Below are positions 27,020-39,212 of a stretch of DNA of 64,000 bases, one piece after another. Origin of the DNA: the human T2T-CHM13v2.0 reference genome, Homo sapiens. Each line of letters begins with the position of its first letter. Position 1 is the stretch's first letter. The position numbers and the translations under genes are program-made. The notes under the pieces are model-generated. The model ran no database searches. It had not been told where the DNA came from and saw only the letters and a list, made by a program, of their open reading frames with translations. The stretch is from NCBI RefSeq assembly GCF_009914755.1, contig NC_060930.1; one strand, 5' to 3'.

Positions 27020-29515
27020 TTATTGACACTTATCTTTTATGATTTTTAGCTTGAGGTCTCCAATTTCTTCACACTGGTGCTTCAGGTGCTCTTCTGGGTC
27101 AACAGAGGTAATTCCACCAGTTTGCCTTGCCTTTACTTGAGTATAATGAATCCAAGAATCTATTCTAGTGACCTTCACTGCTGAAGGAGTAGGAATAAGT
27201 AAAGTGTAAGGTGTCTCCCAATCCAGGCCTAGAGAGGGAGAAAAAGAAGGAAGAGCCTGTACCAGTACTAAGTCCCCTGGGTTGAATATGGTTGGCCCTG
27301 GTTCACAGGGTTGGGCTTCCAACAGTTATTTCAGTTCTTGTAGAAAATGGGCCAAAGCAGTTGCATGTTTAATCAAATCTGGTTTCTTCATCTAGCAAGA
27401 AATCACTGGTGAGAAAAGCCATCCATACATGATTTAGAAGGAACTTAAACCCAGTTTCAAAGGAGTGTTTCTAACATGTAGCAGGGCAATAGGAAGAAGA
27501 GTAATCAAAGGGAGATGAGTCTTTTGAGGGAGTTTTCTGATGTTCCTTTTCATAATATCATTTGTCTCTTCTACTGTTCCTTTTCATAATATCATTTGCC
27601 TCTTCTACCTTTCCTGTGAATTGTGGTTTCCAAGCACAATGGAGATGGTATTCTATGCCTAGTGCCTTTGATAATCCCTGGGTGACAGCCACCTTGAATG
27701 AAGGGCCATTATCGCTCTGGAGTTACTTAGGGAGTCCAAAGCCAGGAATTATCTCATTAATTAGTACGTTTATCACCTCAAAGGCTTTTTCTGTCTGACA
27801 TGGAAGTGCTTCTACCCAGTTCGTGAAGGTATCTACCCATACCAGGAGGTACTGGATGCCCCTTATCTTTGGCATATGGGTGAAATTCATCTGCCAGTCT
27901 TCCCCCGTGTAGCCTCCCATTCTTTGGGTTCCAGCAGGGGAGAACCTGTTGATTGAGGAAATTATTTTTAAGGCAAGTCTCATGAGCATTAACGACCTGT
28001 TTGATTATTTTTAGCAGATTTTTACCTGAGAACAACCTTTGGACCAATTGATACATTTTATCCTTTCCTAGGTGGAAGGCTTGGTGAAGGATTTTAAGAA
28101 CTTTCCATTGGCTGGAAGTTGGTGGATGGTTTGCCATCCTCCTATTGTACCTATCGTGAGGGGTGAAAGGTGTATTCCCAAGAGGTGGCCCATTCTATTT
28201 CTGCAGAATATTGAAGTTTTATTTTTCTTATGGAGCCCTCTCAGAGCAGAGGGGCATCAAGTGGATCAGAAATCTGGGGCCTCTCACTGCTGATTTAGCT
28301 GCTTCATCTGCCAATGTATTTCCCTCACCTATTTCATCCATCCCCTTTTAGTGGCCTTCACAATGTATTACTGCCTCACCCTGTGGAAGGAAAATTGAGG
28401 ATAATAGTCAGTTAATTTCCTGAAGGCATTTAATGGGAGACCCATTAGCTGTGAGGAAGTCTTTCACTTTCTAGATAGTGGCATGGGCATGGAGGTCTAG
28501 GAATGCATTCTTATAATCAGCATAAATGTTAACTGCTTTCTCTGCTTAATTCAAGAACCCTCATGAGGGCAATTAGCTCAGCTGGTTAAGCACTTGTGCC
28601 CAAGCAGAGAGGCACACTCTCAGTAATGTCAGTCAGGGTGAGTACTGCATATCCTGCTTTGTGAATCCCTTGTTCTACAAAAGAACTTCATTTGTAAAGA
28701 GACTTCATTCTGGGTTCCTTAAGGGGGTTTCTTTGAGGCCCTCTTTGGCCACATAGGTTTACACTACTATCTGTTCACAGTCATTTTCAGGCTCCCCAGC
28801 TTCCTCTGGGAGGAAGGTGGCTCTATGTTTAGGGAGGGACAGGTCCTTACCTGGACTGTAGATCTCTCCAATGGCAGAGCTTGATATTTGAGGAGGTGGT
28901 TGTCCATTAGCCAGAAACTCCCCTTGGAAGACAGCAGTACTGCCACATTATGTGGGGTATAAATGGTTAAGTTATTCCCCATGGTTAACTTAGTAGCCTC
29001 TGGAACCAGCAGAGCTACCTCTGCAACTCCTCAGAGGCAGGAAACCCATCCTTTAGCCACCAAATTAAGCTCCTTGCTTAGGTAGCCTATGGGCTGCTGG
29101 GCTGGACTGCAGACCTGGGTTAGAACTTCCAGAGTCATTCCCTTCCTTTCTGATACATAAAGATTGAATGTCTTACCTATGGGAAGACTAAGGGCTGTTG
29201 CCTCAAGCAAGGCTTGTTTCAATTGGTCAAAGGCCCTTTTAGCCTCTGGTTCTCCAGTCAGGGATTGAGTCTTAGCTGCCTGAGTATCCTTTATTAGGTG
29301 GTATAAAGAATGAGCTATCTCACAGTACCCAGGTATCCATCCATAATCTGCAGAATCTTGTAATGCCCAAGAATCCCCTCAGTTGTTTGAGGGTTTTGGG
29401 GAGGTGAAAGGAAGAGATGGGCTTAAAACTTTCTTCACCTAGTACCCCGATATGCTCTGACAAGACTAGACCTAGGTACTTCACTGAAGTCTGACAGAGC
29501 TGAGCCTTAGATTTT
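27020..29515 (-). pseudogene. HUERS-P3-like pol 3' part (RT thumb/connection, RNase H, integrase), decayed
   Basis: ORF fragments KQALLEATALSLP...QPIGYLSKELNLVAKGW, GEDWQMNFTHMP...YLLVWVDTFTNWVEALPC, FNPGDLVLV...VKVTRIDSWIHYTQVK. Confidence 0.92.
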
Positions 29516-29520
29516 GAGAC

Positions 29521-30082
29521 TGCATTTGTCAGGGTTATCTAGAGGGACAGAACTAATAGGATATATATGAGTTTATTAAGGAGAATTGACTCACCTGATC
29601 ACATGGTGAAGTCCTATGTTAGGCTTTCACCTAGTTGGGGTGAAGTTGTTAAGTTGAGGAGCAAGGAAGCCAGTGGTGGATCAGTTCGAGTCCTAAAACC
29701 TTAAAAGTAGGGAAGCCAACAGTGCAGATTTCAGTCTGTGGCCAAGGGCCCGAGAGCCCTTGGTGAACCACTGGTGTAAGTCCAAGAGTCCAAAAGCTGA
29801 AGAACTTGGAGTCCGAGGTTATGGGGCAGGAAGCATCTAGCATGGGAGAAAGATGAAGGCTGGAAGACTCAGCAAGTCTGCTCATCCATCTTCTCCTGCC
29901 TGCTTTATTCTAGCCACACAGGCAGCTAGATGGTGCCCACCTGGACTGAGGGTGAGTCTGCTTCTCCCAGTCCACTGATTCAAATGTTAATCTCCTTTGG
30001 CAACACCCTCACAGACACACCCAGGAACAATACTTTGCATCCTCCAATCCAATCAAGTTGACACTTAATATTAACCATTACA
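29521..30082 (-). mobile_element. HERV-L 3' LTR (MLT2A-like)
   Basis: gtcagggttatctagagggacagaactaatagg...caatccaatcaagttgacacttaatattaaccattaca. Confidence 0.93.
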
Positions 30083-30639
30083 AGTCCACCCCTTGTCAAC
30101 TTGAACCCATACATATCTCCTGAAATCATCCATAATCTTCAAATAAAGCTAATAATAAGGTTATATTTATGCCTAATACAATACGACTATCCTTCGTACA
30201 ACTAGAAGCACACTAATCCTTAACATAAATGCTATTACATAGAGTTAACAATGCTTAAATGCTAATATGAATTCAACAAATCTTTTGTCACATGATAAAG
30301 GCAAAAGAAAGGAAATAAAATGAAGATATTTTCTTAGTACAGGTGTATACATATACAAACATGTTCTTAACAAAAGAAGGAGGAAATAGTCATGACAATT
30401 ACAGTCATTTCTGCAGTTGGTCACGTGGTTATAGCTGGTATTGATGACTACCTTCCTCTACTGTCTATTCTGTATTCCCTTTGCCTTCAGCAAGCACCTC
30501 AGCAGGTTGTGGTTTTTACCCTGTAGAGTGACCCAAACCTTCATTCCTGAAGGGTTTGGGCCGTTTGTAGTCCTTCCTGGATTGGGTTGTTGTTGTTTCC
30601 CATTGACTTTAATCACAGGGCATGGTAATACTAAGAGAC

Positions 30640-33600
30640 ACCCTAAGGGATCTCCTGTATTCCACACATATTCTTTCTTACCTCCATTGTGGAGTAGTAG
30701 ACTGATTTCATCTTGTTAGTCTGGGTCAATCACCCAGCCAACACTGTAACTCCCTTCTTAGCCTGTTGACTCAGAGTAGGAGGACTCCAAAGTGTCCGGG
30801 TGGCAATCTTAACTATCAGTTTAATGGAATCATTGTTGTGTCTCCTGGTGGCAACATTCCTCCTTCTGGAACTAAGACTTCTAGGCCAGCAGAATGTAAT
30901 GTCTCAGGAACAGGAAGCAAACATTTTTCTAGGGGGTCACTAGGAGTGATGGTGTGTGGTGCCACTTCCACTTCCATCCCTTGATTCCTGGACCCATGAA
31001 TTCTTGAATTCTGACTATGGGAGAAAGAGTACTATGTAGTAAATGCTGATTCAGAGCATACATTGGCTTCTGAAGAACTTTGTCCCAGCTCTGCAAAGTA
31101 TTGTCACCTACTTGGCATCATAATTGTGACTTCAAAAGGCCATTCTACCATTCTATCAATCCAACTGCTTCAGGATGATGGGGAAGATGGTAAGACCAGT
31201 GAATTAAATGAGCATGAATCCACTGCTATACTTCTTTAGCCACAAAGTGAGTGCCTTGGTCAGAGGCAATGCTATGTTGAATACCATGACGCTGGGTAAG
31301 GCATTCTGTGAGTCCACAGATGGTAGTGTTGGCAGAAGCATTGTGTGCAGGATAGGCAAACCCATACCTGGAGTAAGGGTCTATGCTGGTGATGACAAAC
31401 TACTACTCTTTCCATGATGGAAGAGATACAGTATAATCAACCTGTCACCAAGTAGCTGGCTGATCACCCTGAGAAATGGTGCCGTACAGAGGGCTCAGTG
31501 TTGGTCTCTGCTGCTGGCAAATTGGACACTCAGTGGTGGCTGTAGCCAGGTCAGCCTTGGTGAGTGGAAGTCCATGTTGCTGAACCCATGCATAACCTCC
31601 ATCCCTGCCATCACGGCTACTTTGTTCACAGGCCCATTGAGAGATGACAGGGGTGGCTGGGGAAAGAGGCTAAGAGGTGTCCACAGAACGAGTCATCCTA
31701 TCCACTTGATTATTAGAATCTTCCTCTGCTGAGGTCACGTTTTCATGAGCACTCACATGAGGTACACATATCTTCACAGTTTTGACAACTCAGACAGGTC
31801 CATCCACATACCTCTTCCCCAAATTTCTTTGTCAACAGTTTTTCAATCATGCTTCTTCCAAGTCCCTGACCATCCAACCAAACCATTGGCTACAGCCCAT
31901 GAATCATTATATAATTGCACATCTGGCCATTTCTCCTTTCATGCAAAGTGCACAACCAGGTGCACTGCTCAAAGTTCTGCCCACTGAAAAGCTTTCCCTT
32001 CACCACTGTCTTTCAGAAATGTCCTAGAAAGGGGCTGTTGTGCTGCAGCTGTCCACTTTCAGGTAGTGCCTGCATATAGAGCAGAACCACCTGTAAACCA
32101 GGCCCTTGTGTTCTCTTCCTCTGTCAATTGATCACAGGGAACTCCACATGAGGCTGTTGGTGCAGGTTGTTGAAGAGAAGACAGGGTGACAGGAGTAGAG
32201 ACCATGGGCATTGGAGCCACTTCCTCATGTAACTTATTTGTGCCTTTAGGACCTGCTCGAGCACTATCACATATATAACACTTCCATTTGATGATGGGAT
32301 ATTGCTGTGCATGCCCTACTTTATGGTAGATGGGTCAAAAAGCACCCAGTTCATGATACGCAGTTCAGGTCATGTGGTGACTTGTGACCCATAGTCAAAC
32401 GTTCAGTTTCTACTAAAGCCCAGTAATAGGCCAAGAACTGTCTCTCAAAAGGAGAGTAGTTATCTGCAGAAAATGGCAAGGCCTTGCTCCAAAATCCTAG
32501 AGGCCTCTGCTGTGATTCACCTATGGGGGCCTGCCAAAGGCTCCAATCAGCATCCTTATCTGTCACTGACACCTCAAGCACCATTGGATATTCTGGGTCA
32601 TATGGCCTTAGTAGCAGAGCAGCTTGCACTGCAGCCTGGATCTGTTGCAGAGCCTTCTCATATTCTGGACCCCACTCAAAACTGGCAGCCTTTAGGGTCA
32701 CTCGATAAATGACCCAGAGTGACACACCCAAATGAAGAAAGTGTTGCCTCCAAAATCCAAATAGCCCCACTAGGCATTGTGCCTCTTTTTTGGTTGTAGG
32801 AGGGGCCAAATGCAGCAACTTATCCTTCACCTTAGAAGAAATATTTTAACAGATCCCACACCACTGGACCTCTAGAAATTTTACTGATGTAATCTTAGTC
32901 GGATTTATTTCCTATCCCCGGCAGGCAAATGTCTCACCAATAAGTGTGTTTGCTGTTTCTCGCTTAATGGGTCCAATCAGCATAATGTCATTAGTGTAAT
33001 GGATCAGTTTGATATCTTGTGGAAGGAAAAAGCAACCAAGATCTCTGTGAACAAGATTATGACACAAAGCTGGAATGTTGATATACCCCTGATGTAGGAC
33101 AGTAAAGGTACATTGCTGGCCTTGCTAGCTGAAGGCTAATTGTTTCTGGTGGACCTTATGGACAGGAATGGAGAAAATGGCATTTGCCAAATCAATGGCT
33201 GCATACCAGGTACCAGGAGATGTGTTAATTTGCTCAAGCAATGAAACCACATCTGGTACAGCAGCTGCAATTGGAGTCACCGTTTGGTTAAGCTTATGAT
33301 AATCCACTGTCATTCTCCAAGATCCAACTGTCTTCTGCACAAGCCAAATAGGAGAGTTGAATGGGGATGTCATAGGAGTCCTTGATGGTGGGACTAATCT
33401 CTGCAATCCCTCCAGGAATGCAATATTGTTTTTGATTTACTATTTTTCTAGGTAGAGGCAGCTCTAGCAGCTCTAATGGCTTTAATTTGGCCTTTCCACC
33501 ATAATAGCCCTCACCTTACCAGTCAGGGAGCTAATGTGGGGATTCTGCCAGCTGCTAAGTATGCCTATGCCAATTATGCATTCCAGCACTGGAGAAATGA

Positions 33601-33900
33601 GTCTGGGGACCCACTGGATCCACTGTAAGTCAGACCTGAGCTAAAACTGCATTAATCACCCGAATTCCATAAGCCCCTGCTTTAACTGGAGGACCACAAT
33701 GACATTTTGGGTCCCCTGGAATCAGTGACAGCTCAGAGCCAGTGTCCAGTAGTCCCCAAAATATCTGATTATTCCCCTTCTCCCAGTGCAGTTATCCTGG
33801 TAAAAAGCCAGAGGTCTCCTTGGGGAAGGATGGGAGAAATATTAACAGCATAAATTGTCTGTGGTGTAGTGGTGTCCTTCCTCAATGGGACCCGGCCTCC
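30640..33900 (-). pseudogene. HERV-L pro-pol-dUTPase, decayed
   Basis: Protease GLLDTGSELSLIPGDP (~33710-33757). [11 protein letters not shown]...[11 protein letters not shown]...[14 protein letters not shown], with YIDD reading YTND (~32990). RPLGFWSKALP...DNYSPFERQ. Integrase *QVDYT. dUTPase SAGLEVLVPEGG (~30860-30895). Confidence 0.93.
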
Positions 33901-33949
33901 CTTCATTCAAGGGGTTCTGGGTCTGTAAACAGGTACAAGTCTGAAATTG

Positions 33950-35635
33950 GTTGTGGGGCTGTGATTCTCTGTTTTTATAATTAAAATTAGTCTTTTTTTA
34001 CTTGACCTGGAAGTTTTCTGCTTATACAAATTAAGTAAGAATGCAGTAGACTTCCTATTAATTTAACTTCTAGAAATACCATGATTAATTAGCCAGTGCC
34101 GGAGCTCTACATGAGTCAGACTATTCCGATTGCTGCTTTGCCTCTGCTGTCCATTAGGGTGACTATGCCCACTTTGCCTTTGACAGTTGAGTGCCACCTC
34201 TTGGCTCCTGCCACCTCAAGATCCAATTATTCCCATCGCATTTAAATTTTATAATTGAATGACTGTGGTTCCTACGGTAAGATCTGGCATACAGAGAAGA
34301 CCAATGAAAGAGCTCTTCAAGGATGCAGGTACTCCCCTCACAAATTTATTTGGCAAGGTATTGGTGAACGGTATGTCTTCTGGATCCTCCCTGCTGAGAC
34401 GGGTAGGTCTAAAGTGACTAAGCCACTCTAGCATCCCAATTTCCCTTAGCCTTTGGATCCCCTCCTCTACATTAAACCAAGGGAGATCCAGCATTTCCAG
34501 CTTGCTTACTGTGGGCTATCTTTTGATCTATATTTCAGCTAACCAAGCAATTAAATTATTAGAACTTTTTTTTAACTCCCCAAGCTGCAACATTAAATGC
34601 AGAATACCTGCTTAGTGGCCCCAAAATGAATGAATTCAGCCTGATCCAACTTTATGTTCCTTCTATCATTATTCCACACCCTAATATCCATTCTTATGCC
34701 TGTTCTCCAGATTTATGCTTATATAAATTAGAAAATTCAAGCATTTTTGGGGGGTGTAGCACAACTCATGGATCACACTCTGAACCTCACTTCTAGGGGC
34801 CTTTAGTCTAGTGATAGGTCTAGAAGCAAACAGGGGTGTTAGTGGTGGGTTCTGAGGAGACTCAACCTTGTCTTTCCTGGCAACTGCCTGAGGGGAGGCC
34901 ATCAATGTTGCCTCAGCCAGTGCATAGTTAATCTCCTCAGACAAAGGTGAAAAGGCTGATGGCAGCATAAGTGGGGGAGGGGATGTTGCCACCATTGGAG
35001 GTGGGAAGGCTGTTTCCTCTGGCAAAAAGGCTCGTCAGAGTTTACAAGCTTAGTGTCCCCAGCTTCATCAGGGTCCTCCCACATGTCCCCGTTTCAAGTT
35101 GCAGGGGCACATTATTTTCCAATCAATGCCCTCACTTTAATTGTGGACATCTGGTAAGACTGAGCATGCACTTTTCATTGCAGGTCAGCCACTCACATGA
35201 TAAAAACTTGTGTCTGATTTTTGGCAATTTCTGCCAGTTGTCTACAAGAGATAAGACTATCACTCAAGGTAATGTTAGAAGACTTGAGGCACAGTATGTG
35301 CTTCTGGAGCTGGGAGTTAGAATCTTTGAGCTCATTCTTTCCTTTCATCACTTTTTCCAGCAAACTTAGGAGCAACCAGCCAACTTCATTGTATTCCTTT
35401 TGGTTCAACACATATGGTAAAAGGTATTATACATAGATTCATTAAACTCCTTGCCTCTCACAAGCAGTGAATCAGAAGTATCAAATGCATTTATTTTGCA
35501 TAAGTCTGTAAACAGTTCACACCAAGGACTATCAGTGTTCTCCATACTATTAGGAGTAGAGTCCTTAGCATTTTTGAGTCTAATCAGATTAAGCAGCCAA
35601 CTCCAGAAACCCCAAAACCAACTGAAGAAATCCAT
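33950..35635 (-). pseudogene. HERV-L gag, decayed
   Basis: Frameshifted fragments GFWSWLLNLIRLKNAKDS, EVGWLLLSLLEKV, LPWFNVEEGIQRLREIGMLEW match ERV-L Gag. Confidence 0.9.
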
Positions 35636-35678
35636 CCTTAAAATTATTTTCCTCTAGAACAACTCTGGTACCAAAATC

Positions 35679-36228
35679 TGTATTAGTAAGGGTTCTCTAG
35701 AGTGACAGAACTAATAGGATATATGGGTATATGAAATGGAATTTATTAAGAAGAGTTGACTCACACTATCACAAGGTAAAGTCCCATGATAAACCATCTG
35801 CAAGTTGAGGCACAAGGAAGCCAGTGGTGGATCAGCCCAAGTCCCAAAACCTCAAAAGCAGGAAAGCCGACAGTACAGCCTTCAGTCTGTGGCCAAAGGC
35901 TCAAGAGCCCCTGGAAAACTACTGGTGTAAGTACAAAAGTCAAAAAACTGAAGAACTTGGAGTATGAAGTTATAGGGCAGCAAGTATGTAGCATGGGAGA
36001 AAGATGAAGGCTGGAAGACTCAGCAAATCAACCCATCCATCTTCTCCTGGCTACTTTATTCTAGCCACAAAGGCAGCTGATTAGATGGTGACCACCCAGA
36101 TTGAGAGTGAGTTTGCTTCTCCCAGGCTCAAATGTTAATCTCCTTCAGCAACACCCTCAGAGAACACCCAGAAACAAAATTTGCATCTTTCAATCCAATC
36201 AAGTTGATGTTCAATATTAACCATCACA
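35679..36228 (-). mobile_element. HERV-L 5' LTR (MLT2A-like)
   Basis: tgtattagtaagggttctctagag...caatccaatcaagttgatgttcaatattaaccatcaca. Confidence 0.93.
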
Positions 36229-36233
36229 GAGAC

Positions 36234-37200
36234 CTTATATCCTCTGTTAGCCAGAAAATTAAGAATAGCTCTACTGCCCTCCTGAATAATTTATTCAGTT
36301 GAGGCACAAAGAAGAATGCCATTTACATATTGTAAAACTTTAACCTGGGTGTAAAATAACTCAGATCTTTTGACAATGCCTGCCCGAACAGGTGGGGGCT
36401 GTCTCAGAATTCCTGAGGTAATACCGTCCAGGTTAGCTGGGTGGTCTGGTTGGAGGGATCCTCAAATGCAAACAAATATTTGAAGTCAGGGTGTGGCAGT
36501 ATGCAGAAAAAGGCATCCTTCAGGTCCAGGATTGTGAACCATTTAGTTCTCTCAGGTATTTGAATTAGCATGGTATAGGGATTGGGAATCACCAGATGAA
36601 TTGGAACCACAGCTTCATGAATGAGGCACAGGTCCTTGACCAGTCTCTATTTCCTGTTGGGTTTCTTTACCCCCAGTATCAGAGTATTACAAGAGTTATT
36701 GCAGGATTTGAGGATAACTTGCATCCTCAATTATCGATGATGGCTCCTAGCCCTTTCCTAGCTTCTGGTTTTAGGGTATATTGTCTCTGATTAGGGAAGT
36801 AGGTGGGATCCTTAAGGTGGATTTGGACTCGTATGGCAGTTGTGGCTCAGCCAATTTTCCTGTGAGTTGTGCAAACTTCGGGATTAACATCAGTCTCCAC
36901 CAGGAGGAGAAAAAGAGTCTGTCCTGGAGCCATAAGGATGGTGGTTCCCATGTGGGCTAAAATATACCTTCCTAGCAGAGGAGTTGGGCTTTCAGGTATG
37001 AAAAAGGATGAGTAAACAAATGGACTCCCCAACTACAACCAAGGGGTAAATGGTTGGGGAAAGTATTGGGTTAAAGGCTTTCCTGAGACACCCCTTCATA
37101 GTCTTGCTAATGGAGGAAGGGAAGCCTGGATTGCAGAGAACAGAAATGGCAGCTGCAGTATCCAGGAGTTCCTCCCTTCCTCCTCCAGAATCACCTGGGG
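36234..37200 (-). pseudogene. HUERS-P3-like protease and RT 5' part, decayed
   Basis: LLDTAAAISVL (protease, DTG reads DTA), PESPTPLLGR, KWFTILDLKDAFFCI...QLTWTVLPQ. YVDD reads YVNG (36318-36329). GYKVS is split by the HERV-L insertion. Confidence 0.92.
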
Positions 37201-38640
37201 CTCCTGGATGATAATGGTGGTTTGAGCCATCGGAGCTGGGGAGAGTAGCCCTGGGACCCATCAGTCCTGCTAGACCATTTAGGAGACTGGCTCTGAATCC
37301 AGTGACCTGTGTCTCCAGGGACAGTCCACCCTCCAGTAGTCCCCTCCGCAGATTGGACAGGGTTGAGGTTACTTCCTCATGCTGCCTGGGCAGTCCTTCT
37401 TAAAGTGCCCTGGCTTGCCACATTTTAGCAGTTAACAGGTGTATCTCCAGGATTCTGGGGTTGGTAAGCCTGCAAGGTAGCCATTAGAATCTCTGCCTTT
37501 TTCTTATGTTTTCTCTCTCTCTCGAGCCTCCTTCTGATCCCTATTGTAAAAGGCCAAGGTGGTCACTTTCAGGAGGTTCTCTAAAGTACTCTCTGGTCCC
37601 ATAGCTTATTTCTGCAGATTCCTCCTGATGTCAGGGTCCACTTGAGTAATAAACTTATCCTTTAGGATTAGTTGTCCCTCGACTGAATCAGGAGATAGAG
37701 AAGTGTGCTTTACTAAGGCCTCTCTTAGCCTTTCCAGGAAGGCAGTGGGATTCTCATCTGATCCCTGGTTTATCATGAAGAGTTTGGAGTAACTGAGAGG
37801 CTTAGTTTTAGTCCTTCATAAGTCTTCCAATATGTACATCTGAAAGCGTTTCCTCTTCAATTCTCCACGTCATCACTGGGGTCCCAGTTAGGATCCTCTA
37901 ATGGTACTGCTGTTTTTCCAATTGGATAAGTCTCTTCCCCTTCCTTGGCACTATATGAAATACAAAGCTCATCCCCAAACTTATCTGCCACTTGGAGGGC
38001 TGCCTGCTTCTCAGTGGTACTCAGGGTTTGATTCAAAAGTAACATAAGGTCCTTCCAGGAGTCTTCAAATACTTGGGTTAAATTCTGGAAAACCTCTCTA
38101 TACCTGTCAGGGTTGTCTCAAAACTTAGCAAGATCCCCCTTAATTTTTCTTAAGTGCTGTAGAGTAAAGGGGACCTGGACCTTAACGGGGCCATATTCAC
38201 AAGGCTCTTCACATCCCTTTTAGGGGCATGACTGAGGCTGGGGCTCACCTAAAACAAACAGGAGAAGCTTGAGAGAGAACCTGGATAGGGAGGAGAGGAT
38301 GGACCAGGAAAAGCAGCACCAGAAGGGGCTGATTCCCGCTCTGGAGGCGCCTCTGGGGTTTGCTTCCCTAGTCTCTTGGGATTGTCCTTTGCAGCCTGTC
38401 CTGAGATGACCGCTAGGAGGGCTGGATCAATCCTACAATGTCAGCAAAGGTTCAGATTATCCTGCAAGGCAAAGAAAGCCTGCACATATGGGACCTCAGA
38501 TTATTTGCCCTTGAGTACACAGAAAAGGTCCAGCTGCAGGATAGTATTAAAATTAATAGTTTCCTCTGGCAACTAAGTCTCTCCATCCTGTAACTTATAA
38601 CTCGGCCATGCTGTTGTGCAAAGGAACATAAGGTATTTTT

Positions 38641-39212
38641 TGTTGTTGTTGTTGTTTGTTTGTTTTTTATTATACTTTAAGTTCTGGGATACATGTGCAG
38701 AACGTGCAGGTTTGTTACATATGTATACACGTGCCATAGTGGTTTGCTGCACCCATCAACCTGTGATCTACATTAGATATTTCTCCTAATGCTATCCCTC
38801 CCCTAGCCCCCCATCCCCCAACAGGCCCTGGTGTGTGATGTTCTCCTCCCTGTGTCCATGTGTTCTCATTGTTCAACTCCCTTCTGAGTGAGAACATGCG
38901 GTGTTTGGTTTTCTGTTCCTGTGTTAGTTTGCTGAGAATGACATTTTCCAGCTTCATCCATGTCCCTGAAAAGGACAATAACTCATCCTTTTTTATGGAT
39001 GCATAGTATTCCATGGTGTATATGTGCCACATTTTCTTTATCCAGTCTATCATTGATGGGCATTTGGCTTGGTTCCAAGTCTTTGCTATTGTGAATGGTG
39101 ACATAGTAAACATACGTGTGCATGTGTCTTTATAGTAGAATGATTTATAATCCTTTGGGTATATACCCAGTAATGGGATTGCTGGATCAAATGGTATTTC
39201 TGGTTCTAGATC
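38641..39212 (-). mobile_element. 5'-truncated L1PA (L1PA6/7-like) inserted in gag
   Basis: L1 3' UTR and ORF2 end, with the tail decayed to (AAC)n. 13-bp TSD CATAAGGT(A/G)TTTT at 38627-38639 and 39213-39225. Confidence 0.96.

Larger units (their letters stand above)
29521..36228 (-). mobile_element. Full-length HERV-L provirus with MLT2A(2)-like LTRs, nested in the host ERV1 RT
   Basis: LTRs at 29521-30082 and 35679-36228. Perfect 5-bp TSD GAGAC at 29516-29520 and 36229-36233. PBS region GATTTTGGTACCAGAG, PPT ACAAGGGGTGGACT, gag-pro-pol-dUTPase remnants. Confidence 0.96.

Noticed and set aside
27020-37261. Possible functional retroviral polymerase or domesticated gag
   Set aside because: Both pol genes are broken by stops and frameshifts, the RT active sites read YVNG and YTND, and the longest fragment is 159 aa.
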